Source: Phototrophicaceae bacterium (lineage in GTDB: Bacteria; Chloroflexota; Anaerolineae; Aggregatilineales; Phototrophicaceae). From it: a DNA stretch of 64,000 nt. Under the pieces are notes generated by a model. It did not search any database. It worked only from the letters and a program-made list of their open reading frames with translations, and was not told the DNA's origin. Shown piece by piece: positions 46,745 through 56,211 of the stretch (position 1 is its first letter; each line of letters begins with the position of its first letter). Where the stretch lies: positions 96,374 to 160,373 of the forward strand of contig OZ243934.1 in the NCBI GenBank assembly GCA_965214105.1, given 5' to 3'. The translations under genes and the position numbers were made by a program.

Positions 46745-48199
46745 TCAATAGCGCTCGTTGCGCGTGATTTTGAAGGCATAGACATGATCGCAGGGTTTGT
46801 GATCGGGGCGCTCGATCTTGATGCCGCCGCGGGTCATCTCCCACTTCAATTCGCCAGCCGCGCCCAGCAGCTCGACAGAGCGCAGCTCGCCGGGATAGAG
46901 CGCGCGCGTCGACTCGATGATGAATTCTTTCTGGGGCCAGCCGAAGGTCAGGGCGTAGAGGATGTTGTCGCGCACGGTGAAACGGATATCCTGCGCGCTG
47001 TATTCGAGTTTCTCTTTGGTATCGCTAAAGGCGCCGACGTGGGTCATCCGCGTTGGTCCCTCGCCATAGGTATTCCAAGGCACGGTGTCGTAGATCGCCT
47101 CGCCGTTGATGCGCAGCCACTCGCCGATGCCTTCGAGGATTGCTTTGGATTCCTCGGGGATTGTCCCATCCGGTTTGGGACCCACATTGAGCAGCATGAA
47201 ACCATTCTTGCTGACGTTATCCACCAGATACTGGACCATCTCGGTAACCGATTTGTATTCGGTCTCTTTGATATAGCCCCAGCCTTGCCCGTCATCGACG
47301 GTGGTATCGGTGATCCATTCGTAATGAGTCAGCTCGGCTGTCTTGCCCAGCTCAAAATCCAGCAGGGCGGCGCCAGGCGGGATATCGTGCCATTTGTAAG
47401 TGGCAACCACCTCCCGCCCCCATTCGGCTTCCTTATTGTAGTAATAGGCGAGGAAGTCTTGCTTGGTTTGGTCGTGCACGAAGCGCAGCCCAAAATCGAA
47501 CCAGATGTAATCCGGCTCATAGCGATCGACCACTTCGACCAAGCGATTGTACCAGCGGCGGAGGAAAGCGGGGCTGGGTTTGTCTTGCGCCAGCCACTCC
47601 GCCATATCGTGCCCCTGGTCGGCCCGGTCAAAGTCGAAATCGAGATTGTGCGGCTCGCCATAGAGCCCGGCATAGCGCGGGTCTGAGGTGTCGTATTCTT
47701 TCTTCCAGTGCGGGAAGAACCACCAATTCTCGGCGTGGTGCATGGCGACCATGAAGCGCATGCCCTGGGCGCGGATTGCCTGCTCGAGCTCGCCGACGAC
47801 ATCGCGCTTTGGTCCCATCTTGCTGGCGCACCAGTCGGTATCGCTGGCGTCCCACATGGGGAAGCCGTCATGATGCTCGGCGACGGGACCGGCGAATTTG
47901 GCGCCCGCCCGCTGGAAGAGCGCCGCCCACTCGGCGGGGTCGAACTTCTCGGCGGTGAACATGGGGATAAAGTCTTTGTAGCCGAACTTCGAGGGATGCC
48001 CATAGGTCCGGCAGTGATAGTCGTATTGGGGGCTGCCTTCGCGGTACATATTGTAGGGGTACCAGGTAACGTTGGGTCCGGTGGCTGGCACGCAGTAGAT
48101 GCCCCAATGGGTATAGATGCCGAACTTGGCTTGGCGCATCCATTCGGCGGTAGGGTGGGTCTTCAGGGATGCCCAGGTGGCTTGGTAGCGTTTGCTCAT
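46745..48199 (-). CDS. alpha-L-fucosidase (GH29)
   Basis: AKFGIYTHWGIYCVPA, AGAKFAGPVAEHHDGFPMWD. Confidence 0.9.
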   Translation of the reverse strand: MSKRYQATWASLKTHPTAEWMRQAKFGIYTHWGIYCVPATGPNVTWYPYNMYREGSPQYDYHCRTYGHPSKFGYKDFIPMFTAEKFDPAEWAALFQRAGAKFAGPVAEHHDGFPMWDASDTDWCASKMGPKRDVVGELEQAIRAQGMRFMVAMHHAENWWFFPHWKKEYDTSDPRYAGLYGEPHNLDFDFDRADQGHDMAEWLAQDKPSPAFLRRWYNRLVEVVDRYEPDYIWFDFGLRFVHDQTKQDFLAYYYNKEAEWGREVVATYKWHDIPPGAALLDFELGKTAELTHYEWITDTTVDDGQGWGYIKETEYKSVTEMVQYLVDNVSKNGFMLLNVGPKPDGTIPEESKAILEGIGEWLRINGEAIYDTVPWNTYGEGPTRMTHVGAFSDTKEKLEYSAQDIRFTVRDNILYALTFGWPQKEFIIESTRALYPGELRSVELLGAAGELKWEMTRGGIKIERPDHKPCDHVYAFKITRNERY

Positions 48200-48305
48200 T
48201 GCCTGTCTCCGTATGATATCTGCGGTATCGATTCAGTTGGGCGGGCGCCCCGCCCCATAGAGATAATAAAGCATATTGAGGACTCAATTCCGAGCCGCCA
48301 TCGCT

Positions 48306-49301
48306 TCAGCAGGATTGCCGCCTGACCAGCTGACAATTGAAGAGCGCCGATGGGATTTCAGCCTCAACGTCATTGAGTGCTTTGAGCAGCTTGCGGGCGG
48401 CGGTTTGGCCGATCGCATTGGTTGGCTGGCGCACAACGGTGAGTGGCGGGTCCGAGACTTGCGCCCAGGGATGGTCGTCAAAGCCGACGATGGCGACATC
48501 GCGCGGGCAGCTGAGAGTCATCTCGCGCAAGCCCATCAAAGCGCCTAAGCTCAGCAGATTGTTGGAGCTGAAGACGGCGCGGGGCCGCTCCACCCGGGAC
48601 ATCAAGCGCTGCATGGCTTCTTTGCCGTCATTGATGCGCAGCGGGCTATCGATGCACCAGTCTTCCCGCAGTGGCAGATTGGCTTCAGCCAATGCCTGTT
48701 CGAAACCGGCGAGCCGCTCCCGCATGGTCGACAGGCGCTGGAAGCCGGCTAAGATGCCGATTTCGCGATAGCCGCGCTCGACCAGGTGGCGGGCGCCGAG
48801 GTAGGCGCCATGCCTGTTATTGACGCCGACGTACGGTGAACCGGCATTTTCAAAGGTGCGGTCGAGCATGACGATGGGGATATTGAGCTTGGCTGCTTCG
48901 TTGAGCGCATCCCAATCTTGGCTGGTGGCGGCGGCGATGATGCCATCGACGCCCTGCTGCAGCATGATATCGATGTAATACTCTTCTCGTTCCAGCACTT
49001 CATTGGTATTGCAGACCATCAAGCTGTAATCGTTGGCGACGAGAACATCTTCAATGCCACGCATGAGCTCGGCGAAAAAGGTGTTGGTGACATCCGATAC
49101 AATCAGCCCGATGATGCGAGTGCGCTGGGTGGTTAAGCTGCGGGCAGCCACATTGGGGCGATAGCCGAGCGTGCCAATCGCCTCGCGGACGCGGTCTTTG
49201 GTCGCCTCTTCGACAAAGCGGGTTTCGTTAATCACATGCGAAACCGTCGCTTTGGAGACGCCTGCGCGCGCCGCTACATCCGCCATCGTAATTCGTTTCA
49301 T
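48306..49301 (-). CDS. LacI family transcriptional regulator
   Basis: HTH MKRITMADVAARAGVSKATVSHVINE...GYRPNVAARSL from the ATG at 49301. The track ORF extends to 49421. Confidence 0.9.
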   Translation of the reverse strand: MKRITMADVAARAGVSKATVSHVINETRFVEEATKDRVREAIGTLGYRPNVAARSLTTQRTRIIGLIVSDVTNTFFAELMRGIEDVLVANDYSLMVCNTNEVLEREEYYIDIMLQQGVDGIIAAATSQDWDALNEAAKLNIPIVMLDRTFENAGSPYVGVNNRHGAYLGARHLVERGYREIGILAGFQRLSTMRERLAGFEQALAEANLPLREDWCIDSPLRINDGKEAMQRLMSRVERPRAVFSSNNLLSLGALMGLREMTLSCPRDVAIVGFDDHPWAQVSDPPLTVVRQPTNAIGQTAARKLLKALNDVEAEIPSALFNCQLVRRQSC

Positions 49302-49326
49302 CTGTCCCTCGCGCGGGCAAGGCAAC

Positions 49327-49340
49327 CCGTTGCGCAACCG
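49327..49340. promoter_or_regulatory. candidate LacI-family operator (CCGTTGCGCAACCG; perfect 10-bp palindrome GTTGCGCAAC)
   Basis: Palindrome lies 26 nt upstream of the lacI-family start, in the divergent region. A related site is at 59956-59969. Confidence 0.35.
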
Positions 49341-49392
49341 ATTGGTTGAATGGTATCCCAAGCGGGCGGCTTCGTCAAATCTGCCGCGGCCA

Positions 49393-49426
49393 GGAGTGGT
49401 GAATACGAGGATATTCCCCACTCCCC
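49393..49426. repeat. minimal hairpin copy of the mosaic-element termini
   Basis: GGAGTGGTGAATACGAGGATATTCCCCACTCCCC consists of the two family termini (GGAGTGGTGAAT / CCACTCC) with only 15 nt between them. Confidence 0.5.
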
Positions 49427-49540
49427 GCTGCCGTCCTTATTGCGGCGCTTATGCGCCTGTGTTATAGTCCGAAGCCGTCGTCAGATAAGCGATTGTGCGC
49501 CAGTAGCGAGCGGTGCCGCCGGCGGCAAGCTGGAGCGCGA

Positions 49541-50575
49541 ATGAAACAAATCACCGTAACGGGAAAAAAGAAAGCCAGCCTCATCACGGTCGAAGTGCCG
49601 CGGGCAAAGGACAACTGGGCGCTTGTCAAAGTCCTGGCGGCGCCGATGTGCACCGAATACAAAGCCTTCGCCGCTGGCACCAATCATCCGCTGTGGGGGC
49701 ACGAAGCGGCTGGCGAAGTCGTCGATGTGGCGCAGCCGGCGCGGGTGAAAGTGGGCGACCGCGTGGTTGTCATGCCGATGAACGCCTGCGGGCAGTGCGC
49801 GCTTTGCTTGGATGGCGAGTATATTCATTGCCAGAACGGGCATGATTTCGCGGCCCTACATGGCAGCACAAATGGCTTGAGCACCATGGCGCAATACCTG
49901 CTCAAAGAAGATTGGATGCTGGTGCCGATACCCGATGGCATGTCTTATGCCCATGCGTCGATGGCTTGCTGCGGTTTGGGTCCGACATTTGGCGCGATGC
50001 AGCGGATGAATGTCGACCGCCACGATACCGTATTGGTCACTGGATTGGGACCCGTCGGTTTGGGCGGGGTCGTCAATGGCCTCTATCGCGGCGCCCGTGT
50101 GATTGGCGTAGACAGCGTCGATTATCGCGCGGCGAAGGCGCTGGAATTGGGGGCGGCGGCGGTGGTCAACCCGATGGCTGAGGACGCGCTGCAGCAGATA
50201 CTCGCCCTGACAGAAGGCGGGCGCGGCGTGGACAAAGCTATCGATTGCTCCGGCGTGGTGGCGGCGCATCGCCTGTGCATCGACGCGGCGCGGCGCCAGG
50301 GGATGGTGGCTTTCGTCGGCGAGTGCAGCGACGATACGCCGCTGCGCATCAGCCCCGACATGATCCGCAAGGGGCTGCGCTTGGTCGGCTCTTGGCATTT
50401 TAATATGGCGGATACGCCACGGATGATGAAGATGATCAGCGAGGTTGGCGAGCAATTAGATAAGCTAATCACGCATCGATTTTCGATTGATAATATTCAA
50501 AGCGCTTGGGAGACGCAGCTCTCCGGGCAATGCGGCAAAGTGATCTTAGAGCCTTGGGAGGGCAGCGATGTATAA
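49541..50575 (+). CDS. zinc-dependent alcohol/sugar dehydrogenase (MDR family)
   Basis: GHEAAGEVV, CGQCALCLDGEYIHC, GLGPVGLG. ATG at 49541 (MKQITVTG). Confidence 0.85.
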   Translation: MKQITVTGKKKASLITVEVPRAKDNWALVKVLAAPMCTEYKAFAAGTNHPLWGHEAAGEVVDVAQPARVKVGDRVVVMPMNACGQCALCLDGEYIHCQNGHDFAALHGSTNGLSTMAQYLLKEDWMLVPIPDGMSYAHASMACCGLGPTFGAMQRMNVDRHDTVLVTGLGPVGLGGVVNGLYRGARVIGVDSVDYRAAKALELGAAAVVNPMAEDALQQILALTEGGRGVDKAIDCSGVVAAHRLCIDAARRQGMVAFVGECSDDTPLRISPDMIRKGLRLVGSWHFNMADTPRMMKMISEVGEQLDKLITHRFSIDNIQSAWETQLSGQCGKVILEPWEGSDV

Positions 50576-51593
50576 ATCGGTCATCATCGGCGTCGGCGGC
50601 GGGCGGGCGCATGGACATGCGGATGCCTACCAGCACGTGACGCGCGGCCGCATGGTGGCGGTCTGTGATTTGCGCACCGAGCCGATGGACGAATTCGGCG
50701 ACAAGTTTGACCTGAGCGCGCGCTATACCGATTACCGCGAGATGTTCGAGAAAGAAAAGCCCGAGCTGGTCCAAGTCAGCACGCCGCCCAATGTTCGGCT
50801 CGCTATCCTCGAAGCGGCGGAGGCAGCTGGCATACCCTTGGCAATTGTAGAAAAACCACTGGCGATACAGGGTGAAGATTATGTGGCGCTGCGGGAATTT
50901 GTCGCGCGGAAGCCGAAAATCAAGATCGCCATCAATCATCAGCTGCAGTTTCACCCTTGCCGGCAGCGTTTGCAGGCATTGGTGGCGGATGGCGCTATCG
51001 GCGACTTGCGTTTCATCGAAGCCAGCTCTGGCATGAACCTCGCCTACCAGGGCACCCATTCCCTGCAGGCAATCGGCGCCTTCAACCCGGCGAACCCGAC
51101 CACAGTCTTCGGGCAGGTGGCAGGCGCGGCTGGCTTGCAGCCCAACATCAAAGAGCATTACGCGCCCGATCAAAGCTTGGCGGCGGTGGAGTACGACAAT
51201 GGCTTGCAAGCAACCTTGCGCTGTGGCGAGAACGCGCCACGAGTGCCACGAGGCGACGCCATCTACCAGCACAAGCGCATCGCCGTCTATGGCATGAAAG
51301 GTTATGTGCATTGGACGATGTGGGGCTGGGAAACCTTCATCGACAATGTCTATGAAAGCGGCGAGCACGAATACCCCGCTGAAGATCTGCTGGGGCAGGC
51401 CGGGCTCTGCGAGGCGATGTTCGATTGGCTGGAAGACGACAGCAAGCTGCATCCGCTGAACCTGGAGCGCGCCCTGGTAGACTTCAACGTGATCCTGGCG
51501 CTCTATGCCAGCTCGCTCAAGCACGAAGTCATCTCGCTGCCCTACGAGCCAGAAGCGGATCTGGTGCCGAAGCTGCGGCGCGCCCTAGCCTGA
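50568..51593 (+). CDS. Gfo/Idh/MocA family oxidoreductase
   Basis: N-terminal Rossmann VIIGVGGGRAHGHADAY...VAVCD. 8-nt overlap with the upstream gene. Confidence 0.8.
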   Translation: MYKSVIIGVGGGRAHGHADAYQHVTRGRMVAVCDLRTEPMDEFGDKFDLSARYTDYREMFEKEKPELVQVSTPPNVRLAILEAAEAAGIPLAIVEKPLAIQGEDYVALREFVARKPKIKIAINHQLQFHPCRQRLQALVADGAIGDLRFIEASSGMNLAYQGTHSLQAIGAFNPANPTTVFGQVAGAAGLQPNIKEHYAPDQSLAAVEYDNGLQATLRCGENAPRVPRGDAIYQHKRIAVYGMKGYVHWTMWGWETFIDNVYESGEHEYPAEDLLGQAGLCEAMFDWLEDDSKLHPLNLERALVDFNVILALYASSLKHEVISLPYEPEADLVPKLRRALA

Positions 51594-51653
51594 TGCCAAA
51601 GCCCAGCCCCCTCAAGGCAGCATGGCGGGGGCTTTCAAACCAAGGAGACAGCA

Positions 51654-52664
51654 ATGGCGACAGACCGACCGAAGATCTTGATCGCCCTGCGCGCGCCGCT
51701 TTTCGACCTGTTATTCTCGGCGGAACAGCAAGCGCGGCTGCGCCAAATGGGCGCAGTGACGGGTCCGGCACCTGAGGGCAATCTCAGCGAGGCGCAGCTG
51801 GCGGCGCGTATCGGCGGGCAGGATATCGTCATCACAAGCTGGGGCAGCCCGAGTTTTTCCGCGCCGGTGCTAGCTAGGGCGGACCGCTTGCAGTTAATCG
51901 CCCATGCGGCTGGCTCGGTCAAGCGATTGCTGCCGCCGCCCGTCTTCGCTGCTGGGCGGCGCGTTACGCATGTCGCCTATTCGATGTCGATACCAGTGGC
52001 GGAAACAACCCTGGCGCTCATCCTGCTCTGTTTGCGCAATTATCACAAGATTGATGGCCGCTTCAAAGCGGAAGGCTGGTCCGCGGCGAGAGCCTTGCCG
52101 CCCGGCGCTGAACTGGCGGGCAACCGCGTTGGCGTCATTGGCGCGGGCTACACCGGGCGCGCCGTCATAAGCCGCCTGCTGGCGCTGGCTGCCGACGTCT
52201 GGCTCTACGATCCTTACGTCAGCGACGCGAGCGCGGCTGAAATGGGCGTCGAAAAAGCGACGCTGGAGCAAGTCCTGCGCGGGTGCCCAATCGTAACCCT
52301 GCAGGCAGCCGCCACCGCCGAAACGTATCGCATGATTGGCGCCGAGCAATTGAGCTGGCTCCGGGATGGTGCCATCTTCATCAATACCGCCCGCGCCCAT
52401 CTCATCGACGAGGCGGCGCTGCTGGCTGAGCTGCAGACGGGGCGTATCAGCGCGGCGCTGGATGTCTTTGATATGGAGCCGCTGCCGGACGACAGCCCCT
52501 TCCGCCGCCTGGACAACCTCATCATCACGCCGCATATCGCCGCCGTCACCCACCAAGCCTACAAGCGGCAAGGGGAAATCACCGTCGATGAGCTGGCAAG
52601 CTTCCTCGACGCGGGCAAATTGCGCTATGAAGTGACGCGCGATAAGCTCGACACAATGGCTTAA
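51654..52664 (+). CDS. D-isomer-specific 2-hydroxyacid dehydrogenase family protein
   Basis: VGVIGAGYTGRAV, FINTARAHLIDEAAL, ITPHIA. Confidence 0.85.
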   Translation: MATDRPKILIALRAPLFDLLFSAEQQARLRQMGAVTGPAPEGNLSEAQLAARIGGQDIVITSWGSPSFSAPVLARADRLQLIAHAAGSVKRLLPPPVFAAGRRVTHVAYSMSIPVAETTLALILLCLRNYHKIDGRFKAEGWSAARALPPGAELAGNRVGVIGAGYTGRAVISRLLALAADVWLYDPYVSDASAAEMGVEKATLEQVLRGCPIVTLQAAATAETYRMIGAEQLSWLRDGAIFINTARAHLIDEAALLAELQTGRISAALDVFDMEPLPDDSPFRRLDNLIITPHIAAVTHQAYKRQGEITVDELASFLDAGKLRYEVTRDKLDTMA

Positions 52665-52671
52665 GCGAAGC

Positions 52672-53412
52672 ATGGAGGCAGCGATGGGCACATTAGCTGG
52701 TAAGACAATGATCGTAACTGGCGCAAGCAGCGGCTTCGGCGAGGCAATTGCGCTTGCCTGCGCCGAAGCGGGCGCCAAGGTCAGCCTAGTGGCAAGGCGG
52801 AAAGACCAACTGGACGCAGTTGCGGCGGCGGCGCGGGCACAGGGGGGGCAAGCTCTGGTCTGCCCGGCTGATGTCAGCGATGACGCGCAAATCCATAGCG
52901 CCCTGGAAATGACGCGGGCGGCTTTTGGTCCCATTGATGTGCTGGTGAACAATGCCGGCTACAACATTACCGAGCGCTCGATCGCCGATACTTCCGCCGA
53001 GCAATGGCGGGCGCTGTTGGAGGTGAACCTGACGAGCGCCTTCGTCTTCACCAAGGCGGTCTTGCCCGAGATGAAAGAACGCGGCACTGGGCTGATCATC
53101 AATCTGGCGTCGCGGGCTGGCATGTACCCTAGGCTGGTCGCCGGCGTCGGCTACAGCACCTCGAAGATTGGCATGGAAGCGCTCAATACGGTCACCAACG
53201 AGGAGGGCAATCCGCACGGCGTGCGCGCCTGCCTCTTCAACCCGGGCGCGGGCAATACACCTATCATTGACCGGCGGCCCGTCAAGTTCAGCGCCGAGGC
53301 AAAGGCGAAGATGATCCAATCCGAAGATATCGCGGCCACGGTTGTCTTCCTCGCGAGCTTGCCGGCGCGCGTCCATATCGACGTCCTGTCTATGATGCCA
53401 ACCAAGAGCTAA
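52672..53412 (+). CDS. short-chain dehydrogenase/reductase (SDR)
   Basis: TGASSGFGEA, NNAG, YSTSK catalytic Tyr-x3-Lys. Confidence 0.9.
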   Translation: MEAAMGTLAGKTMIVTGASSGFGEAIALACAEAGAKVSLVARRKDQLDAVAAAARAQGGQALVCPADVSDDAQIHSALEMTRAAFGPIDVLVNNAGYNITERSIADTSAEQWRALLEVNLTSAFVFTKAVLPEMKERGTGLIINLASRAGMYPRLVAGVGYSTSKIGMEALNTVTNEEGNPHGVRACLFNPGAGNTPIIDRRPVKFSAEAKAKMIQSEDIAATVVFLASLPARVHIDVLSMMPTKS

Positions 53413-53426
53413 AGGCACGCGAAGCG

Positions 53427-54221
53427 ATGAATGAACTGGCTCTCTTCACCAAGCCCTGGAAAGCGCTTTCCCTGCTCGGCTTGGCGCAGCATATCCAGTC
53501 GCTCGGCTTCGGCTTGATTGAGCTGCCCGTGCGCCCGGGCTTCCAAGTCGAGCCGGACAATATCGAGCGAGATTTGCCAGCCGCGGTAAAGCTGCTGGGC
53601 GAGCATGGCATCCGCGTTTTGAATGTAACCGCCGACCTGCCGCTGGCTGATGAACGGCTGTATAGCGCCTGCGCCGCCGCCGGTATCGGTATGAACCGCG
53701 TCATGTTCTGGCAGCGCAATTTGGATTACTGGTCCGCCGAAGCAGAAGCGCGCCGCCAACTGGATGCCGCCCTGCCCTACTGCCAGCAATACAAGATTCA
53801 GCTTGGCATCCAAAATCATTCCGGGCGCTTTGTGCCGGTCAATGCGATGGGCGCGCACCGCTTAGTCAAAGACTATGATCCGCGTTATGTGGCGGCGATA
53901 TGGGACCCGGCGCACAACGCCTTAGAGGGCATGAATAGCGATTCGGCGCTTGATGTGCTGGCGCCGCATCTCTGCGTGGTCAACTTGAAGAATGCCTATT
54001 GGCGGCGGGTCAGCGGACCTGAAGCTGAAGTCGCCCAATGGAAGGTTTACTGGACTTCTGGCGCGCAGGGTCGAGCGTCATGGGCGGCTGTTATCGCCAA
54101 GCTGCGCGAAATCGCTTATCGAGGACCGCTCTGCTTCTCGGCTGAATACAGCGACGAAGCGCGGGTCGACGACTTGATCGTCAAAGACTTGGCATTCGCG
54201 CGCAGGCTGCTGAGCGCATAG
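53427..54221 (+). CDS. sugar phosphate isomerase/epimerase (xylose isomerase-like TIM barrel)
   Basis: 264 aa. IELPVRPG, LGIQNHSG, WDPAHN pattern typical of AP_endonuc_2/XylI-like barrels. Confidence 0.75.
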   Translation: MNELALFTKPWKALSLLGLAQHIQSLGFGLIELPVRPGFQVEPDNIERDLPAAVKLLGEHGIRVLNVTADLPLADERLYSACAAAGIGMNRVMFWQRNLDYWSAEAEARRQLDAALPYCQQYKIQLGIQNHSGRFVPVNAMGAHRLVKDYDPRYVAAIWDPAHNALEGMNSDSALDVLAPHLCVVNLKNAYWRRVSGPEAEVAQWKVYWTSGAQGRASWAAVIAKLREIAYRGPLCFSAEYSDEARVDDLIVKDLAFARRLLSA

Positions 54222-54245
54222 GACCATCAATTCCATTTCATAATC

Positions 54246-54709
54246 GGGGAGTGGTGAATTACTGATATAAAGCCTGCTCGCGCTGAGTCGTAGGGGCGAT
54301 CCTTGGATCGCCCAAAATCTGCTTCTGCACTGTGGGCGACACAAGTGTCGCCCCTACAAGGCTTGTCCGGTACTTTAGGATTCGCGATCGCCCTTTGGTT
54401 TACCCCCCTCGGTCCCCCCATTGAAATGGGCGGATGACCACTGATTTGTCGTGATTATCGCTAATGTGAACTTGGATTCAAGCCGAATTGGCATAGTTTA
54501 TAGAGTTTGCAATATCCTAGCTCCCCTTCCCTAGCTTGCTGGGGCAAGGGGCTGCGCCGCGTGGGGTCGCGTAGACACTGACCCGCCGACACTGGCGGTC
54601 GGGGATGGGGTAGAAATGCGCATTAAAAACTCAGTAGCGGACAAGCCTTACATCTAGGTAATCCATATACAGAATTTCGGCCTGCATATCCTCGCATTCA
54701 CCACTCCCC
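54246..54709. repeat. mosaic hairpin-rich MITE-like element, copy E
   Basis: Perfect 14-bp termini GGGGAGTGGTGAAT (54246-54259) and ATTCACCACTCCCC (54696-54709). The inner segment 54358-54649 is flanked by AAGGCTTGTCCG/CGGACAAGCCTT and is inverted relative to copy D. The core is at 54360-54542 (reverse orientation, 4 mismatches vs copy D). Confidence 0.85.
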
Positions 54710-54806
54710 GATAGCAGTTCAAGCCGGACCTGGAGAAAACAAAAACAGGCGAGCCAAGGGACTCGCCTGCCTGTTTCGATGCTGCAATGCTGCTGGCGCG
54801 CTACAT

Positions 54807-56153
54807 CTAGCCGCCCAGAAGCTCGTTGGTTTGATCGTGGGCGCGTTGCACCACGACCGCGGCGTCACGTTCTTCGCCGGTCCAGAGCAGATCCATATTG
54901 GCGATCCAGACCGAGGTCTCCCATTCCAAGAATTGCGGATGGTAGGCTGGGTGCACGCCATCGCGCGCGCCAATGACGGAGAAGACTTCGTGGTAGGCGT
55001 CGGCGTAAGGCGCGTCATCGGGGGCGGCGCAATCGTGGAATTCGGATTGGCTGACCAGCGCGGCGCCCATCGCGGCGGTGCGGCAGAGGTGATCGGGATT
55101 GGCCAGCGTATAGCGAATCAGCTCATAAGCCAGCTCCGGATGCGCGGCTGAAGCCGGAATCGAAAAGGCAGAGCCGCCGATGAAGTTGTAGCGGCCCGCG
55201 GGACCGGTCGGCGTTGGCACGACGGTCCATTCGAAATCGTCGCCAATCAGCTCCCACATGCGGGAAGCGGCGTCGTTCAGCGCGTAGTGCATGGCGATGT
55301 TGCCATTGGCGAAGAGGAACTCGGAGCCGAAGCCGGTGGCGGCGATGGCGTCTGCCGTCGGGTGCGCGCCATGCTCCCAGATCATATCAGACACCCACTG
55401 CAGAGCCGCGATCGTCTCTGGCGAATTCATTTCCGAGGCGGTGTTGGTTTCGTTGAACAGCTCGCCGCCGAAGCTCTTGATAATCCAGTACAGCCAGCCA
55501 GCGCCGCTGCCCGGGCTAGCCATATTGCTAACGCCCCAGACATCATTGCTGCCATCGCCATCGGTATCTTGGGTCAAAGCCAGCGCCAATTCGGTAAATT
55601 CTTCGAACGTTGTGTCCTCGCCTGGCAATTCCAAGCCAGCTTCTTCAAAGAGATCGAGGTTGACGAAGAGGCCCCCCGGCGCCAAGTCATAGGGAATGGC
55701 GTATTGGCTGCCCTGATAGTTGAAGGCATTGACCTGCGAGGTGACGAACATCTCGGGCCAGCCAGGGATCGGGCAAGCTTCCAGGTAACTATCGAGGTTC
55801 AAGAGCCAGCCGTTAGCGGCGAAGGTATCGTTGCGCGTATCGTGCATCCAAGCCATATCGATCTCGGCGCCGCCAGCCAACTGCGCCGGCAGGGTCGTCC
55901 AATAATCGCCCCAGGCGACGCCCGTGTTGAGAACCTGTTCCACGTTGGGGTAATATTCGCCGAAGAATTCATCAAAGGCGAGCAAGAACTTGTCAACCTC
56001 GCCGGGACCTTCCCAGCCAGTGATAGTGATGGCACCGGCGGCGTCGCCATCGACCATGCCGCAGGTCCAATCCGTCATATCTTGTGCTGACGAGATGAAG
56101 CCGAAGCTCAACAGCGCCAGAACAGTGGCAAGCAGCGCGAATTTGCGAATCAT
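54807..56153 (-). CDS. ABC transporter sugar-binding protein (extracellular solute-binding family 1)
   Basis: N-terminal signal/anchor MIRKFALLATVLALLSFGFISSAQ. Typical SBP_bac_1 length and composition. Upstream of two permease genes. Confidence 0.85.
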   Translation of the reverse strand: MIRKFALLATVLALLSFGFISSAQDMTDWTCGMVDGDAAGAITITGWEGPGEVDKFLLAFDEFFGEYYPNVEQVLNTGVAWGDYWTTLPAQLAGGAEIDMAWMHDTRNDTFAANGWLLNLDSYLEACPIPGWPEMFVTSQVNAFNYQGSQYAIPYDLAPGGLFVNLDLFEEAGLELPGEDTTFEEFTELALALTQDTDGDGSNDVWGVSNMASPGSGAGWLYWIIKSFGGELFNETNTASEMNSPETIAALQWVSDMIWEHGAHPTADAIAATGFGSEFLFANGNIAMHYALNDAASRMWELIGDDFEWTVVPTPTGPAGRYNFIGGSAFSIPASAAHPELAYELIRYTLANPDHLCRTAAMGAALVSQSEFHDCAAPDDAPYADAYHEVFSVIGARDGVHPAYHPQFLEWETSVWIANMDLLWTGEERDAAVVVQRAHDQTNELLGG

Positions 56154-56211
56154 GTGCTTATCCTTTCGAAAATTGATTTACGATTTCGAGACGAAAGAAA
56201 TTGTTCGGTCC

